Assembly (NCBI GenBank): GCA_964513565.1
Contig: CAZENE010000002.1
Span: forward strand, 63,894 to 127,893
From: an uncultured Syntrophorhabdus sp.
GTDB taxonomy: Bacteria; Desulfobacterota; Syntrophorhabdia; Syntrophorhabdales; Syntrophorhabdaceae
Reading direction: 5' to 3'
Length of the DNA: 64,000 nucleotides
This document shows positions 1 through 10,232 of the stretch, piece after piece. The notes below the pieces were generated by a model. It had not been told where the DNA came from. It saw nothing but the letters and a program-made list of their open reading frames with translations, and did not search any database. The translations under genes and the position numbers were made by a program. Numbering within the stretch: the stretch's first letter is position 1; every line of letters starts with the position of its first letter.

Positions 1-1893
1 TGCGGCATAACAGGAGTCCTCGATCTGCATGAAAAAAGACCCGTAAACCTCGATATCCTGGAGCGGGCCAACAACCTTCTGGGCCACAGGGGCCCGGATG
101 ACAACGGGATATTCATGGACGCGGGTATCGGTCTCGCCATGCGGCGGCTCTCGATAATCGATGTCACGCACGGTCATCAGCCGATACTGAACGAGAACTC
201 TCAAATATGCATCGTCTGCAACGGCGAGATCTACAATCACCGTGAGTTGAGGGAATCCTTGGTACAACAGGGCCACGTATTCGCTACATTTTCGGACACG
301 GAGGCAATACTGCACGCGTATGAGCAATGGGGTATTGAAGGGTGCCTGTCCCGGCTTCGGGGCATGTTCGCCTTCGCATTGTGGGATAAAGGGAGCGACT
401 CGCTGTTTCTGTGCCGGGACCGGATGGGGATAAAACCCTTGTATTTTTCATACCATGACAACCGTCTGTATTTTGCGAGCGAGATGCGGGGTATTTTCGT
501 GTTGTCGGGCTTGAAACCGAAGATCGACCCAGCTGCGGTGGACGCTTTCCTGACCGTCGGGTTCGTCCCCAACCCTCACACGATCTGCAGAGGTGTCAAT
601 AAGCTCCCTGCGGCGCATTACATGGCCGTCAGAAGAGGCGCCGCGGAGACGAGGAAATATTGGGAGCTTTCATTCTGCGAGGCCCGGGAGGCAAAAGAGC
701 AGGAGATAACGGAGGAATTCTATTCGATCCTCGACGAATCGGTCCGCATGCATCTCATGAGCGAAGTGCCCCTGGGCGCCCTGCTTTCGGGAGGGATCGA
801 TTCCGCGACCATGGCGGCGCTCGCCCAGAGAGCGATCCCGCGCCCCTTAACCACAATATCGATCAGCTTCGAATCGGATCATCTCAATGAGGCCGCTGTT
901 GCACGACAGACGGCAATAGAACTCGGGACACGCCATGTATCCGTGGCGTTTCGGAGCGAAAGCATGGACGACTATCCCAAGGCACTCTACTACCTCGAAG
1001 AGCCTCTGGCCGAACCGGTGTTCGTAACCGAGTTCAATATGCATAAAGCATGCAAGGACAACGGGCTGAAGGTGGTACTGACGGGCGAGGGCTCGGATGA
1101 GCTGCTTGCCGGGTATCACTGGCATCGCGGGGAGGTGTGGGCACGGCCATTCCTGAAGCTTCCCTTTTTTCTTCGCGCCGTCGTCGCGCGCGCCGTCCTC
1201 GTGCGGTCGCGCGGGGCGGGGAGCATGGGCATGTATCGGACCCTCAGGCAGGGTGAGGCCGAGGCTCCCGCATACTACCGGACCTGGCTTGCGATATCGG
1301 AATCATCCCTCAAGGAGCGGGTCATGTCGCAGGAGGTCCGGTCTGCCATCCACGGGAACGGAAGGGCGCTTCTCAATGTTTGGCAGGACCATCTGCCGGT
1401 GGTCGCCGACCGACCCCGGCATGACCAGATGCTCTGGCTCCAGTCGCGGACGCGAATGGTTGATGACATCAACCATTCGCTCGACCGGATGAGTATGGCG
1501 CACTCGGTCGAAGCCCGCGTCCCGTTCCTTGACCACAAATTGTGGGAATTTTGCGCATCTGTCCCATTTCGCATGAAGATGGACGGCCCATACTTCAACC
1601 TTGTCGAAAAACAGCTTTTGAGGAATGCGGTCAGGAACGTGGTGCCCGAGGGTGCCCGCACCCGCAGGAAAAAAGGGCTGGCCGCGCCGTATGAAGCATG
1701 GCTTATGAAGGCGCGGCTTCCTGATTGGGCCGAGGAAGGGCTTACCCGTTTCCGGATACAGCAAACGGGTCTTTTCGATTACAACGAAGTCCAAAAACTC
1801 CGCCGGGAGCACCAGGAAGGGCTGCCGGACAGAGCGGCACTGCTTATGGCGATCATCGCGCTCCAGACATGGTCCGATATTTTTACACGATAA
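1..1893 (+). CDS. asnB: Asparagine synthase (glutamine-hydrolysing) family amidotransferase; 5' end cut by window edge
   Basis: Frame 1 is open from nt 1 (CGITGVLDL...). The Ntn catalytic Cys sits at the edge and only the Met is missing. RGPDDNG glutaminase region; PP-loop SGGIDS; long AsnB-type synthetase domain; stop 1891-1893. Confidence 0.9.
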   Translation, partial: CGITGVLDLHEKRPVNLDILERANNLLGHRGPDDNGIFMDAGIGLAMRRLSIIDVTHGHQPILNENSQICIVCNGEIYNHRELRESLVQQGHVFATFSDTEAILHAYEQWGIEGCLSRLRGMFAFALWDKGSDSLFLCRDRMGIKPLYFSYHDNRLYFASEMRGIFVLSGLKPKIDPAAVDAFLTVGFVPNPHTICRGVNKLPAAHYMAVRRGAAETRKYWELSFCEAREAKEQEITEEFYSILDESVRMHLMSEVPLGALLSGGIDSATMAALAQRAIPRPLTTISISFESDHLNEAAVARQTAIELGTRHVSVAFRSESMDDYPKALYYLEEPLAEPVFVTEFNMHKACKDNGLKVVLTGEGSDELLAGYHWHRGEVWARPFLKLPFFLRAVVARAVLVRSRGAGSMGMYRTLRQGEAEAPAYYRTWLAISESSLKERVMSQEVRSAIHGNGRALLNVWQDHLPVVADRPRHDQMLWLQSRTRMVDDINHSLDRMSMAHSVEARVPFLDHKLWEFCASVPFRMKMDGPYFNLVEKQLLRNAVRNVVPEGARTRRKKGLAAPYEAWLMKARLPDWAEEGLTRFRIQQTGLFDYNEVQKLRREHQEGLPDRAALLMAIIALQTWSDIFTR

Positions 1894-1917
1894 TTGGAAC
1901 GACCCGGGGAGACTCAA

Positions 1918-3111
1918 ATGGACAGCAAGGTAATTCTGATCAATGCAACGGGACTAGGCTACCAGGTCATGCGGGCTTTGTACGAGAAGGGGATACGATG
2001 CATAGTTATTTATGATAGGGAGGAGGAAGAGATCGGGAGATTTTCTCGGTATTGCCCGGTGTCCATCAAGCTCCCGGGTTATATAGAAGAGCCGTTAAAA
2101 CTTCTCGATTTTCTCCTGGAAAAAGGCCCGGAATGGGCCGGAATGCTCCTTATACCGACCAAGGACCACGGGGTCGAGTTCCTCGCGCTCTATAAATTCG
2201 TCCTGTCACGATACTATATAATCCCCACTCCCGATGCCAGGACGATCAAAAGGATAATGGACAAACGGCTCCTGTACGACGAGTTGAAGCGGTTGGGGAT
2301 CGGTGCTCCCAGGACCTTCACGGTTTCTTCGAGGGACGATCTCGAACGGCTTGAAGACGAGATAACGTTCCCGTGCCTTCTCAAACCGGGGCTGGCCCAT
2401 GTTTTCCTGCGGGAATTCGGTTACAAGATGCTGGAGGTCGCCTCGTTCGACGAACTTGCCCGGCATTACACCAGGCTGACCCATGACTTCACTACGGATG
2501 ATTTCGATCTCTTGATATGCGAGATAATCCCGGGCACGGATTCGGAGTATATGGTCCAGTATGCGTCGTATATGGACCGTTCCGGGGAGGTTCTGGCCTG
2601 GATGACATCCAGAAAAATGCGCCAGGACCCCCCAATTTTCGGCCAGGGAAGGGTCGCCCGCAGTGAGCGGATCACCAGCGTGGACTGGCGTTCCCGGATG
2701 TTGCTCCAGGACCTCGGTTATTACGGGTTCTCCGAGATAGAATGGAAATATGACGTCCGGGATGACACCTGGAAGGTCATCGAGGTAAATACGCGATTTG
2801 TATTCTATCTCTCCCTCTGCCTTGCCTGCGGCATCAATTTTCCTTACGTTCAATATTCGGACCTCGTGTTGGAGAAGAAAATCCGGGTGGAAACCTTCAG
2901 GGAGAATATATACTGGATCCACGAGTACAAGGACGTTCTGCACACGGTGCTCCATCACAAAATGGAAAAATGCTCCCTGTGGCAATACGCCCGGCCGTAT
3001 CTCGGGCGTAAATCATTTGCAATACTCGACTTCAGCGACCCCCTGCCGTTCTTTCATCAACTCAAGGAGCACGCCGGCAACCTGATAAAAAGGCTGCCCC
3101 GAAACTCATGA
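1918..3111 (+). CDS. ATP-grasp domain carboxylate-amine ligase (paralogue 1)
   Basis: ORF 1894-3111; ATG 1918 preceded by GGGGAG. CLLKPG and IEVNTRF (E-x-N-x-R) ATP-grasp signatures; about 400 aa. Confidence 0.75.
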   Translation: MDSKVILINATGLGYQVMRALYEKGIRCIVIYDREEEEIGRFSRYCPVSIKLPGYIEEPLKLLDFLLEKGPEWAGMLLIPTKDHGVEFLALYKFVLSRYYIIPTPDARTIKRIMDKRLLYDELKRLGIGAPRTFTVSSRDDLERLEDEITFPCLLKPGLAHVFLREFGYKMLEVASFDELARHYTRLTHDFTTDDFDLLICEIIPGTDSEYMVQYASYMDRSGEVLAWMTSRKMRQDPPIFGQGRVARSERITSVDWRSRMLLQDLGYYGFSEIEWKYDVRDDTWKVIEVNTRFVFYLSLCLACGINFPYVQYSDLVLEKKIRVETFRENIYWIHEYKDVLHTVLHHKMEKCSLWQYARPYLGRKSFAILDFSDPLPFFHQLKEHAGNLIKRLPRNS

Positions 3112-4301
3112 GCGCTATCGTGACAAACGCGAAGAACAGGATCGCGTACACCGTCGTACGAAATTTGAGTGAAAACGGGATACGTGTATATACGGCCGAT
3201 TTTGTCCCCCTTTCCATGTCCTTTGCATCGCGGTTCTCACGGGGATATTTTATTTATCCGTCGCCTTTCAAGGACCAGGGCGCCTTCATCGACTCAATCA
3301 TCGCGAATGTCGAGCGCTTCCGGGCCAAGGTTCTAATGCCCGTTTTCGAGGAGACGTTCCTCTTGTCGAAACACCGGGATGTCGTCCTCAAGCATGTGGC
3401 AATGGCGATACCGTCCTACGAGCAGATACTTACAGTTCACAACAAGGACAGATGGATGGCGATAGCCCGTTCGCTCGGCATACCGGTACCAAGGGCCTTT
3501 TCGGTAAGCGAACTGAAGGAAAAAGGGATCAGGCATGTGGATATCAGGTATCCCGTTCTCATAAAGCCCCACCAGGGAGGGGGCGCATGGGGAATTTCCC
3601 ACATAGATAACGCCGACATGCTTGAGAATATCCTTTCGCAGGAGAAGTACCTTGGGAGGTCCTGGGACAGGTTCTTTGTGCAGGAAAAGATCAAGGGCGC
3701 TGTGCATTGTGTTGCCATGCTTCTCAATAATGGGAACATCAAAGGCCATGTCGTATACCGACAACTGCGGGACCTTCCTTTTACAGGGGGGCAGGCGACC
3801 ATACGTGTAAGCATCGACGATCCGCTTGCTGTGGAATATTTCCAGAGGCTTCTTGAAAAACTTGCCTGGCACGGGATATGCCAGGCGGACTTCATTTTCG
3901 ATGAGGCGACTCATATACCATACCTGATAGACATCAATCCGCGATTCTGGGGATCGCTTGTACAGGGGATAGCGAGCGGCGTCGATTTCCCGTACATGCT
4001 CTACCGGATCGCGCGGGACGGGGACACAAAATGCGTGCCCGGTTATACCAAGGGCGTCGTGACACGATGGATCTGGGGCGATCTCCGCACCTTTCCCGAA
4101 GCCTTCAGGTGTGCCCGCGATAAGGTGGCTTTTCTGAAGGACTATCTCCGCATGTTTGGCGGAAGGGTAGTATTCGATGATTTTACTTTTTGCGATCCAC
4201 TCCCTTTTCTCACGTTCGGTATCGACTTCCTGGCCAAAATAATACGGCAAAGGACTTTTCACCCCGAATCGCATGACTCCCTCGAAGGGATCTGGGAATA
4301 G
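3108..4301 (+). CDS. ATP-grasp domain carboxylate-amine ligase (paralogue 2)
   Basis: ATGA start/stop overlap with the upstream gene. [14 protein letters not shown] glycine-rich loop and [10 protein letters not shown] motif; same size and architecture as the preceding gene. Confidence 0.75.
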   Translation: MSAIVTNAKNRIAYTVVRNLSENGIRVYTADFVPLSMSFASRFSRGYFIYPSPFKDQGAFIDSIIANVERFRAKVLMPVFEETFLLSKHRDVVLKHVAMAIPSYEQILTVHNKDRWMAIARSLGIPVPRAFSVSELKEKGIRHVDIRYPVLIKPHQGGGAWGISHIDNADMLENILSQEKYLGRSWDRFFVQEKIKGAVHCVAMLLNNGNIKGHVVYRQLRDLPFTGGQATIRVSIDDPLAVEYFQRLLEKLAWHGICQADFIFDEATHIPYLIDINPRFWGSLVQGIASGVDFPYMLYRIARDGDTKCVPGYTKGVVTRWIWGDLRTFPEAFRCARDKVAFLKDYLRMFGGRVVFDDFTFCDPLPFLTFGIDFLAKIIRQRTFHPESHDSLEGIWE

Positions 4302-4302
4302 A

Positions 4303-4914
4303 ATGAAACCGGGTTATTTGATCGGAAAATTAAAGGAGAAACCTCTCGTAGGTATCATCGGCGACGGTTTGCGCCTTTTATGGGGATCCCTGAATTCCCT
4401 GCGCTTCGAAAAAGCCGTCCTTGTATCTGCTCGGGGAAGGTTGAGGATATCGTTGGAGAATGGTGGGATAACGGTCGGCGAACTGACCGACTTCTGGCCC
4501 GGGGTGAAGCTGTCATGCCATGGCAAGGCCGGCCGGAAGGCTTCGATACAAATCGGGAAGAACTGTTCTATCGGTGACCGCACGGAGATCCATGCAGGCC
4601 GGCTCGTCCAAATAGGGAACGGGACCATCATCGCCTGGGACTGTGTCATTATGGACCGGGATTACCATGCGACCGGGGCGGGTGCGGAGAACATCAGACC
4701 GGTTATTATCGGCAGCGGCGTCTGGATCGGGTGCAGGGCAATGGTGTTGAACGGGGTAAGCATCGGTGATGGGGCCATAATTGCTGCCGGTTCAATAGTC
4801 ACAAGGGATGTCCCTGCCCATACGCTTGCGGCCGGCAACCCTGCGCGAGTCGTAAAAGAGGTGGAAGGATGGAAAGCGGGCGGGCACAGTATCAGCGTAT
4901 CGGCGGCAAAATGA
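4303..4914 (+). CDS. Hexapeptide-repeat (left-handed beta-helix) acyl/acetyltransferase
   Basis: ORF 4273-4914. ATG 4303 lies 1 nt after the upstream stop. Hexapeptide run [36 protein letters not shown]. Confidence 0.85.
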   Translation: MKPGYLIGKLKEKPLVGIIGDGLRLLWGSLNSLRFEKAVLVSARGRLRISLENGGITVGELTDFWPGVKLSCHGKAGRKASIQIGKNCSIGDRTEIHAGRLVQIGNGTIIAWDCVIMDRDYHATGAGAENIRPVIIGSGVWIGCRAMVLNGVSIGDGAIIAAGSIVTRDVPAHTLAAGNPARVVKEVEGWKAGGHSISVSAAK

Positions 4915-6074
4915 TGAACGTATCGCAGGACAGCCCCTTAAATGTGTTTCACCTCATAGCCCCGACGCATTTCGGGGGCGCCGAAAAGGTGGTCCTTAAC
5001 CTTGCGGAGTCCATCGACCGTTCCCGGTTCAACATAGTTATCGGTGCTTTCGTCAACGTGCATTTTCCAAAAAACGATTTTGTCGCACGCATAAGGGAAA
5101 AGCAAGTACCGCTGAAGGTTTTTTGGCTGAAGCGGACTTGCGATGTCGGCAACATTCCGCGAATTGCGAAATTTATCCGTTCAAGAGATATCGATATTCT
5201 GCATACCCATGGGTACCGTTCCGACATTGTCGGGCTTCTCGCGGCGAGGATCACGTCGCGCCCGATAATCGCGACGATCCACGGATTTGTTCCGATAAAC
5301 GCGCGACTGCGCCTTTACGAACAGGCCGACCTGATAGCTCTGCGGTTTTTTGACCGCATCCTGCCCGTCTCAGACCGGATCGGTGAATCGTTGTGCCGAA
5401 GCGGGATCGGCAGGGACAGGATAACCACCGTCCGGAACGCGGTCGATATAAACGAGCCCGGTCGCTTAGGGGACCTGCGTGAATCCCGGCACCCGTTAAA
5501 GAGATCGGACCGCGATGTATTGATAGGTATCGTCGGAAGGTTGAGCCCCGAGAAGAATATTCCGGGTTTCCTCGATGTAGCACGCCGTCTCGCAGAAAAA
5601 TATGGGCGCCTGAAATTTGTTATCGTTGGCGACGGCCCTGAGCGCAGCTGCCTTGAAGGCCTTACAATGAGAATGAAGCTTGACGGACGGGTGCGATTCA
5701 CCGGTTTCGTCGAGGAAATGGAAAGGATCTATATGGCGCTCGACATACTTGTCATCTCATCATCGATGGAGGGCATCCCGCTTACCGCACTTGAGGCGAT
5801 GCGCCACGGGATCCCCGTTGTCTCGACGCGTGTCGGGGGCATTCCGGAGATAATCGAACACGGCGTCAACGGGCTGATCGTAGATGCGGGAGATATGGAG
5901 GGCCTCGGCAGGGAGGTCGAATCGCTCGTCATGGACAGCGGTAAGTACCTGGCCATATCGCAGAGCGCGCGGGAGAGGGTCCGCCGGGAGTTCAATCGTT
6001 CGTTATGGATAGAAAAGATACAGAATTGCTATGAATCAGTAATAAACACAAGGGGGAAACACTTACATGGATAA
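4911..6074 (+). CDS. Glycosyltransferase family 4 (GT-B fold)
   Basis: ATGA overlap with the upstream stop. FGGAEKVV N-terminal motif. C-terminal E-x7-E region [33 protein letters not shown]. Confidence 0.85.
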   Translation: MMNVSQDSPLNVFHLIAPTHFGGAEKVVLNLAESIDRSRFNIVIGAFVNVHFPKNDFVARIREKQVPLKVFWLKRTCDVGNIPRIAKFIRSRDIDILHTHGYRSDIVGLLAARITSRPIIATIHGFVPINARLRLYEQADLIALRFFDRILPVSDRIGESLCRSGIGRDRITTVRNAVDINEPGRLGDLRESRHPLKRSDRDVLIGIVGRLSPEKNIPGFLDVARRLAEKYGRLKFVIVGDGPERSCLEGLTMRMKLDGRVRFTGFVEEMERIYMALDILVISSSMEGIPLTALEAMRHGIPVVSTRVGGIPEIIEHGVNGLIVDAGDMEGLGREVESLVMDSGKYLAISQSARERVRREFNRSLWIEKIQNCYESVINTRGKHLHG

Positions 6075-8181
6075 ACTCAGAGCAGGGATCGCAGGCTGCG
6101 GGACGATTTTTCATTTTCACCATGCCTTTATTCAATCCTATCCCAATGCCATCTTGTGTGCCGTGGCAGACAGGGATGAAAAAGCCCTGGAAAAGGCGCG
6201 TACTGTGTACGGCATACAAAATTGTTATACCAGCCTTGAAGAAATGATCAGGAAAGAATCGACAGATGTCATCCATATAACGACTCCGCCGCAGACCCAT
6301 GCTTATCTCGCCGATATTGCCATGAACCTTAAAAACCATGTCTTCGTCGAGAAGCCTATGACGTTGGATCATGAAACGGCCAGGAGACTCTACGATATTG
6401 CCGAGAAAAATGATGTGAAACTGTGCGTCGACCATAACCACCTGTTCGATCCCTGGATGCTTCAGGCAAAAGATGTGCTGAAGGACCTGCGGCCCGAAGA
6501 TATCTCGTACGTGGAAAGCTATTATGGCATAAACCCCAATATCCCCGAGATAACGGGATATCGGAAGGCCAATGAGATATCGTGGATCTATTCACTCCCG
6601 GGAGGCCTCTTTCATGATTTTCTCACGCATCCCCTGTACCTGATGCTTGAATACACGGGAAGGCCGCGAATCTTTCAAACCATGGCCCGGTCTTACGGAA
6701 CCCTCCTCCAGGGGCTCTCCGACGAACTCCATATCATGGTTGACGGGGAAAAAGCGGTCGGCAAGCTCACAGTCTCCTTTAATTCACGGCCCTACCAGCA
6801 CTTCCTTAAGGTCTATCATAAAAGGGCAATTATCACAGTCGATTTTAACAACATGACCATGATTGCCAATCGTCATACGGGACTGCCCGGTGCGGTCACA
6901 AAAATAGCCTCGAACCTGGGTACGGCGAAGGCGCTCAGCACCCAGACCGTGTCCAACGTATACCGCTTCGTGACGGGCAAATTGAAGCCATATTCAGGAA
7001 TGAGAAACTGCATCCATGGCTTTTACGACGCGATCCTTTATTCATCGGAACCTCCGGTCAGCCGGCAAAAGGCGCTTCAGGTGCTCGAGGTCATGGATTC
7101 GGTGTGGAAAGACGCGGGGCGTCTCCATCCCGTATTCAATAATGTTCTGGCCCCGGCAGGTGAAAGGCTCCCTCAGGTGAAGGGCCGCGTCCTTGTGACT
7201 GGGGCGGGCGGATTCCTCGGCCGGAGACTGACTGAAATGCTCGTTGAAAAAGGATTTGCCGTCCGCGTCCTCGTCCGCAAGCTGACAAATATAGATTTGT
7301 TCAGCAAGCTTGGTGTGGACGTGCATTACGGAGACCTTCGCGACGAACTCGCAGTGGCTCAGGCTATCGATGGGATGGACTATGTCGTGCATGCGGCGGC
7401 GGCTCAGGACGGTGATTGGGACACCTTCGACGCGACGACGGTCCAGGGCACGGAAAGGGTTTTGAGGCTATGCCGGCAGCTCAAGGTGCGGCGTGTGATC
7501 TATATCAGTTCGATGAGCGTCTATCAAATGAGCGGTCTCAACAGAAAAATCCTTATAACCGAAGACGCGCTGCTGGAACAGGACCCGGCTGCACGCGGTT
7601 TCTACACATTCTCCAAGCTTCAGGCGGAAAATGTGGCGCGCGGCCTGATGGCTGCCAACGGCAACGGTAAAGTGCCGACGGTCATATTAAGGCCGGCAAC
7701 CATTTACGGCCCCGGGGGGCCCGTGTTTACCCCCCTTATCGGGGTGTCCCTTTTTAACAAGATATTCATGATACTGGGGAAGAAGAAGCTGAAGCTCCCC
7801 CTTGTGTATATCGATAACCTTGTCGATGCGATCATTCTGTGTATCGAGGATGAAAGGTCCTCAGGGCATACTTTCAATGTCATTGACGACGACGTTACGA
7901 CAAAACAGAATTACGTAAAAAAACTGGCGCAGGAATTGTTCCCGTCATCGCATTCGGTAGCCCTGCCATACTGGCTGGTGAGGTCCCTGGTCCATTTCCA
8001 GGAGATCGCCTTTAAGGCTATGAAAAAGAATCCGGTGCTTACCCGATACCGCTTAAGCTCCGCCTCGACCGATGTTTCTTTCAGCAATGAAAAAATAAAA
8101 AACGAACTATCGTGGTCGCCCCGGGTATCACTCGATGAAGGGTTGTCCCGGACCTTTTCATGGTTTAAGGAGAACACGTAA
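6067..8181 (+). CDS. Bifunctional fusion: Gfo/Idh/MocA oxidoreductase (N) + extended SDR NAD-dependent epimerase/dehydratase (C)
   Basis: 704 aa. N-terminal half has AGCGTIFHFHH...VFVEKPMT (the EKP motif of Gfo/Idh/MocA). C-terminal half has VLVTGAGGFLGRRL Rossmann motif and YTFSK (YxxxK). 8-nt overlap with the GT4 stop. Confidence 0.8.
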   Translation: MDKLRAGIAGCGTIFHFHHAFIQSYPNAILCAVADRDEKALEKARTVYGIQNCYTSLEEMIRKESTDVIHITTPPQTHAYLADIAMNLKNHVFVEKPMTLDHETARRLYDIAEKNDVKLCVDHNHLFDPWMLQAKDVLKDLRPEDISYVESYYGINPNIPEITGYRKANEISWIYSLPGGLFHDFLTHPLYLMLEYTGRPRIFQTMARSYGTLLQGLSDELHIMVDGEKAVGKLTVSFNSRPYQHFLKVYHKRAIITVDFNNMTMIANRHTGLPGAVTKIASNLGTAKALSTQTVSNVYRFVTGKLKPYSGMRNCIHGFYDAILYSSEPPVSRQKALQVLEVMDSVWKDAGRLHPVFNNVLAPAGERLPQVKGRVLVTGAGGFLGRRLTEMLVEKGFAVRVLVRKLTNIDLFSKLGVDVHYGDLRDELAVAQAIDGMDYVVHAAAAQDGDWDTFDATTVQGTERVLRLCRQLKVRRVIYISSMSVYQMSGLNRKILITEDALLEQDPAARGFYTFSKLQAENVARGLMAANGNGKVPTVILRPATIYGPGGPVFTPLIGVSLFNKIFMILGKKKLKLPLVYIDNLVDAIILCIEDERSSGHTFNVIDDDVTTKQNYVKKLAQELFPSSHSVALPYWLVRSLVHFQEIAFKAMKKNPVLTRYRLSSASTDVSFSNEKIKNELSWSPRVSLDEGLSRTFSWFKENT

Positions 8182-8183
8182 GA

Positions 8184-9380
8184 TTGCCTGCCATGGTCAC
8201 ATTACTCTTTGTGATACCTCTCGGCTACCTAACTTTCAGCGTGTTCTACTACGTTTTTCTGGCCGCGGCATATTTCGCGGCCCGGGAAAAAAGGCCTTCC
8301 CCGGACGCCGTGCGCGGGCATAAATACCTTCTCCTTATCCCCGCTCATAACGAAGAACCCATAATTGGGCGCATTCTTTCAAGTCTGAGGGAAAGCAAAT
8401 ATGCCCACACGCAATTTAAGACGTGGGTGATCGCCGATAATTGTGCGGACAAGACCGCTTTGCTGGCTCGGCAATACGGGGCAAAGGCCCTTGTGCGGTA
8501 CGATGAGACACGAAAAGGAAAGGGCTTCGCTATAGAATGGGCGCTAAAGGTTCTGGATACCAGTCCCTTTGATGCAGTTGTCGTTGCCGATGCTGACAAT
8601 ATTATTGATCCGTGGTTTTTCCACGGACTCGACGAAGCGCTCAATTCGGGGAGCCGGGTGGTGCAGTGCAATAACTGCCTTGCTAATCCGGGCGAAACAG
8701 CATTCACCCGGGTGATACATCTTTCGAGAACAATAAACAATCTTCTCTGTCACCATGCAAAATATAAGCTGGGCCTGTCATCTTACCTTATGGGCAACGG
8801 TATGTGCTTCACGACAGGACTCCTCGAGCGCTACCCCTTTTCAACAGGGACAATGGCCGAGGATTATGAATATTATGCGATCCTGGCTGCGCATGACGAG
8901 CCGATAGGGTTCGCCGTTAATTCGAAGCTGTACCACCAGGAATCGAAGGACCTTCGGTGCGCGTCGCGGCAGCGGCTTCGCTGGTCTTCGGGGCGCTTCG
9001 AGGTGGCACGCAAATTTGGACTGAAATTGTTTATGCAAGGGATCAGGGCACGGAATCTCCGGATGATCGACGCGTCTTTCCCTCTCATCCTGCCCAATCT
9101 TTCCTTGATGGTGAATTTGACCGTTTTGACAGCGGCAGCGGGGGTCCTCGTGCATTACCTGATCCATCCGGTACCTCACATTATTCTCTGGTCGGGCATC
9201 CTCATTGCCCTCGAACTGGCATATTTCATCAGCGGGGTGCGCCTTGCGAGGATGCGCGTGTTTTCATTCCTGTTTGCCCTGTGTTTTGCGCCGGTTTTCC
9301 TTCTCTGGAAAGGCTGTATCGATGTCCTGGGGTTGTCCGGGACCAGCCTCGGGCAATGGGGCAGGTCAGGGAGGGCTTAA
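8184..9380 (+). CDS. Membrane-embedded family 2 glycosyltransferase, processive synthase type
   Basis: TTG start 10 nt after AAGGAG. N-terminal TM. GT-A core (IPAHNEE, VVADADN). QRLRW (QxxRW) motif followed by several C-terminal TM helices. Confidence 0.8.
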   Translation: MPAMVTLLFVIPLGYLTFSVFYYVFLAAAYFAAREKRPSPDAVRGHKYLLLIPAHNEEPIIGRILSSLRESKYAHTQFKTWVIADNCADKTALLARQYGAKALVRYDETRKGKGFAIEWALKVLDTSPFDAVVVADADNIIDPWFFHGLDEALNSGSRVVQCNNCLANPGETAFTRVIHLSRTINNLLCHHAKYKLGLSSYLMGNGMCFTTGLLERYPFSTGTMAEDYEYYAILAAHDEPIGFAVNSKLYHQESKDLRCASRQRLRWSSGRFEVARKFGLKLFMQGIRARNLRMIDASFPLILPNLSLMVNLTVLTAAAGVLVHYLIHPVPHIILWSGILIALELAYFISGVRLARMRVFSFLFALCFAPVFLLWKGCIDVLGLSGTSLGQWGRSGRA

Positions 9381-9439
9381 ACGGACATCGGGTATACCGG
9401 GCAAAACTCATTCTTGACAACTCCGGAAGGCGGTAGATA

Positions 9440-10231
9440 ATGGGACATCAGAATGTAAAGATCGATGACCATCTTCATAAGGTCAGAAAATTCCATGACA
9501 GGGACGCGGAAAAGTACCTGGCGGAACGATATCATTCGCGGACTTGCGAGGGCCTCGCATACCTTACGCGCAAGGAAATAATCTTGGGTATGGCTGATGT
9601 AAAGCCATCCCGTATCCTTGATGTGGGGTGCGGCCCCGGTATCCTGACGCACAGTCTCATAGACATGGGGCATACCGTGTTCAGTGCGGACCTGTCGGGT
9701 GAAATGATCGAAAAGGCCCGTCAGGCAGCTTCGCACGCATCGCCCGGAACCTTGTCACATTTCATCGTTAGTGACGCATCGCAGATCCCCATTGCGGGCA
9801 GCTGTATGGACATGGTCTTCTCCATCGGCCTCCTATGTTACATCAAAAACCATGACCAGGTCCTCAATGAAATATACCGCGTCCTTAAGCCGGGCGGCTC
9901 GGCGATCATCCAGATCAACAACATCCGGTGGCCCATGCTGTACCGGCTTTTTATCCCGCTGTACCACCGTCTTAAATCAATGATCTTCAGCAAGAACTAC
10001 GATGGGATCAATTTTGCATTCAATTTCTCATCGCGGAAAAAATTCCTCAAAGACCTTTCCCGGAGCCGGTTTAAAGTGCTTTGCCTCGAGAATTATGACT
10101 TCAGGATACCATTCTTCGATATTTTGCTGCCGCGCATATCGGTCAGAATGGGGAAAACGATGTTTCGCAGGAGGCATAATCCATTTTTTAAATGCTTTTC
10201 GCACGGTCTCCTGATCAAGGTGCAAAAATGA
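9440..10231 (+). CDS. Class I SAM-dependent methyltransferase
   Basis: Motif I ILDVGCGPGILT; post-I acidic D (SADLS); VLKPGG motif. Confidence 0.85.
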   Translation: MGHQNVKIDDHLHKVRKFHDRDAEKYLAERYHSRTCEGLAYLTRKEIILGMADVKPSRILDVGCGPGILTHSLIDMGHTVFSADLSGEMIEKARQAASHASPGTLSHFIVSDASQIPIAGSCMDMVFSIGLLCYIKNHDQVLNEIYRVLKPGGSAIIQINNIRWPMLYRLFIPLYHRLKSMIFSKNYDGINFAFNFSSRKKFLKDLSRSRFKVLCLENYDFRIPFFDILLPRISVRMGKTMFRRRHNPFFKCFSHGLLIKVQK

Positions 10232-10232
10232 C

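Noticed and set aside
2206-4274. Long minus-strand ORFs (2206-2985, 259 aa; 3333-4274, 313 aa) opposite the two ATP-grasp genes
   Set aside because: They are shadow ORFs. The plus-strand frames carry recognisable ATP-grasp motifs and are translationally coupled to their neighbours. The antisense products are Arg/Pro-rich with no motifs or RBS.
1-4914. RiPP interpretations: lasso peptide (Asn-synthetase-like cyclase, with a transglutaminase-like protease at 36974), or graspetide/microviridin (two ATP-grasp ligases + acetyltransferase)
   Set aside because: The AsnB homologue keeps the glutaminase Ntn Cys, typical of true amidotransferases. The ATP-grasps are ~400 aa rather than RimK-like ~320 aa. 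The acetyltransferase is LbH, not GNAT. No precursor-peptide ORF or exporter is present. The genes are chained to glycosyltransferases, and the transglutaminase-like gene is 35 kb away.
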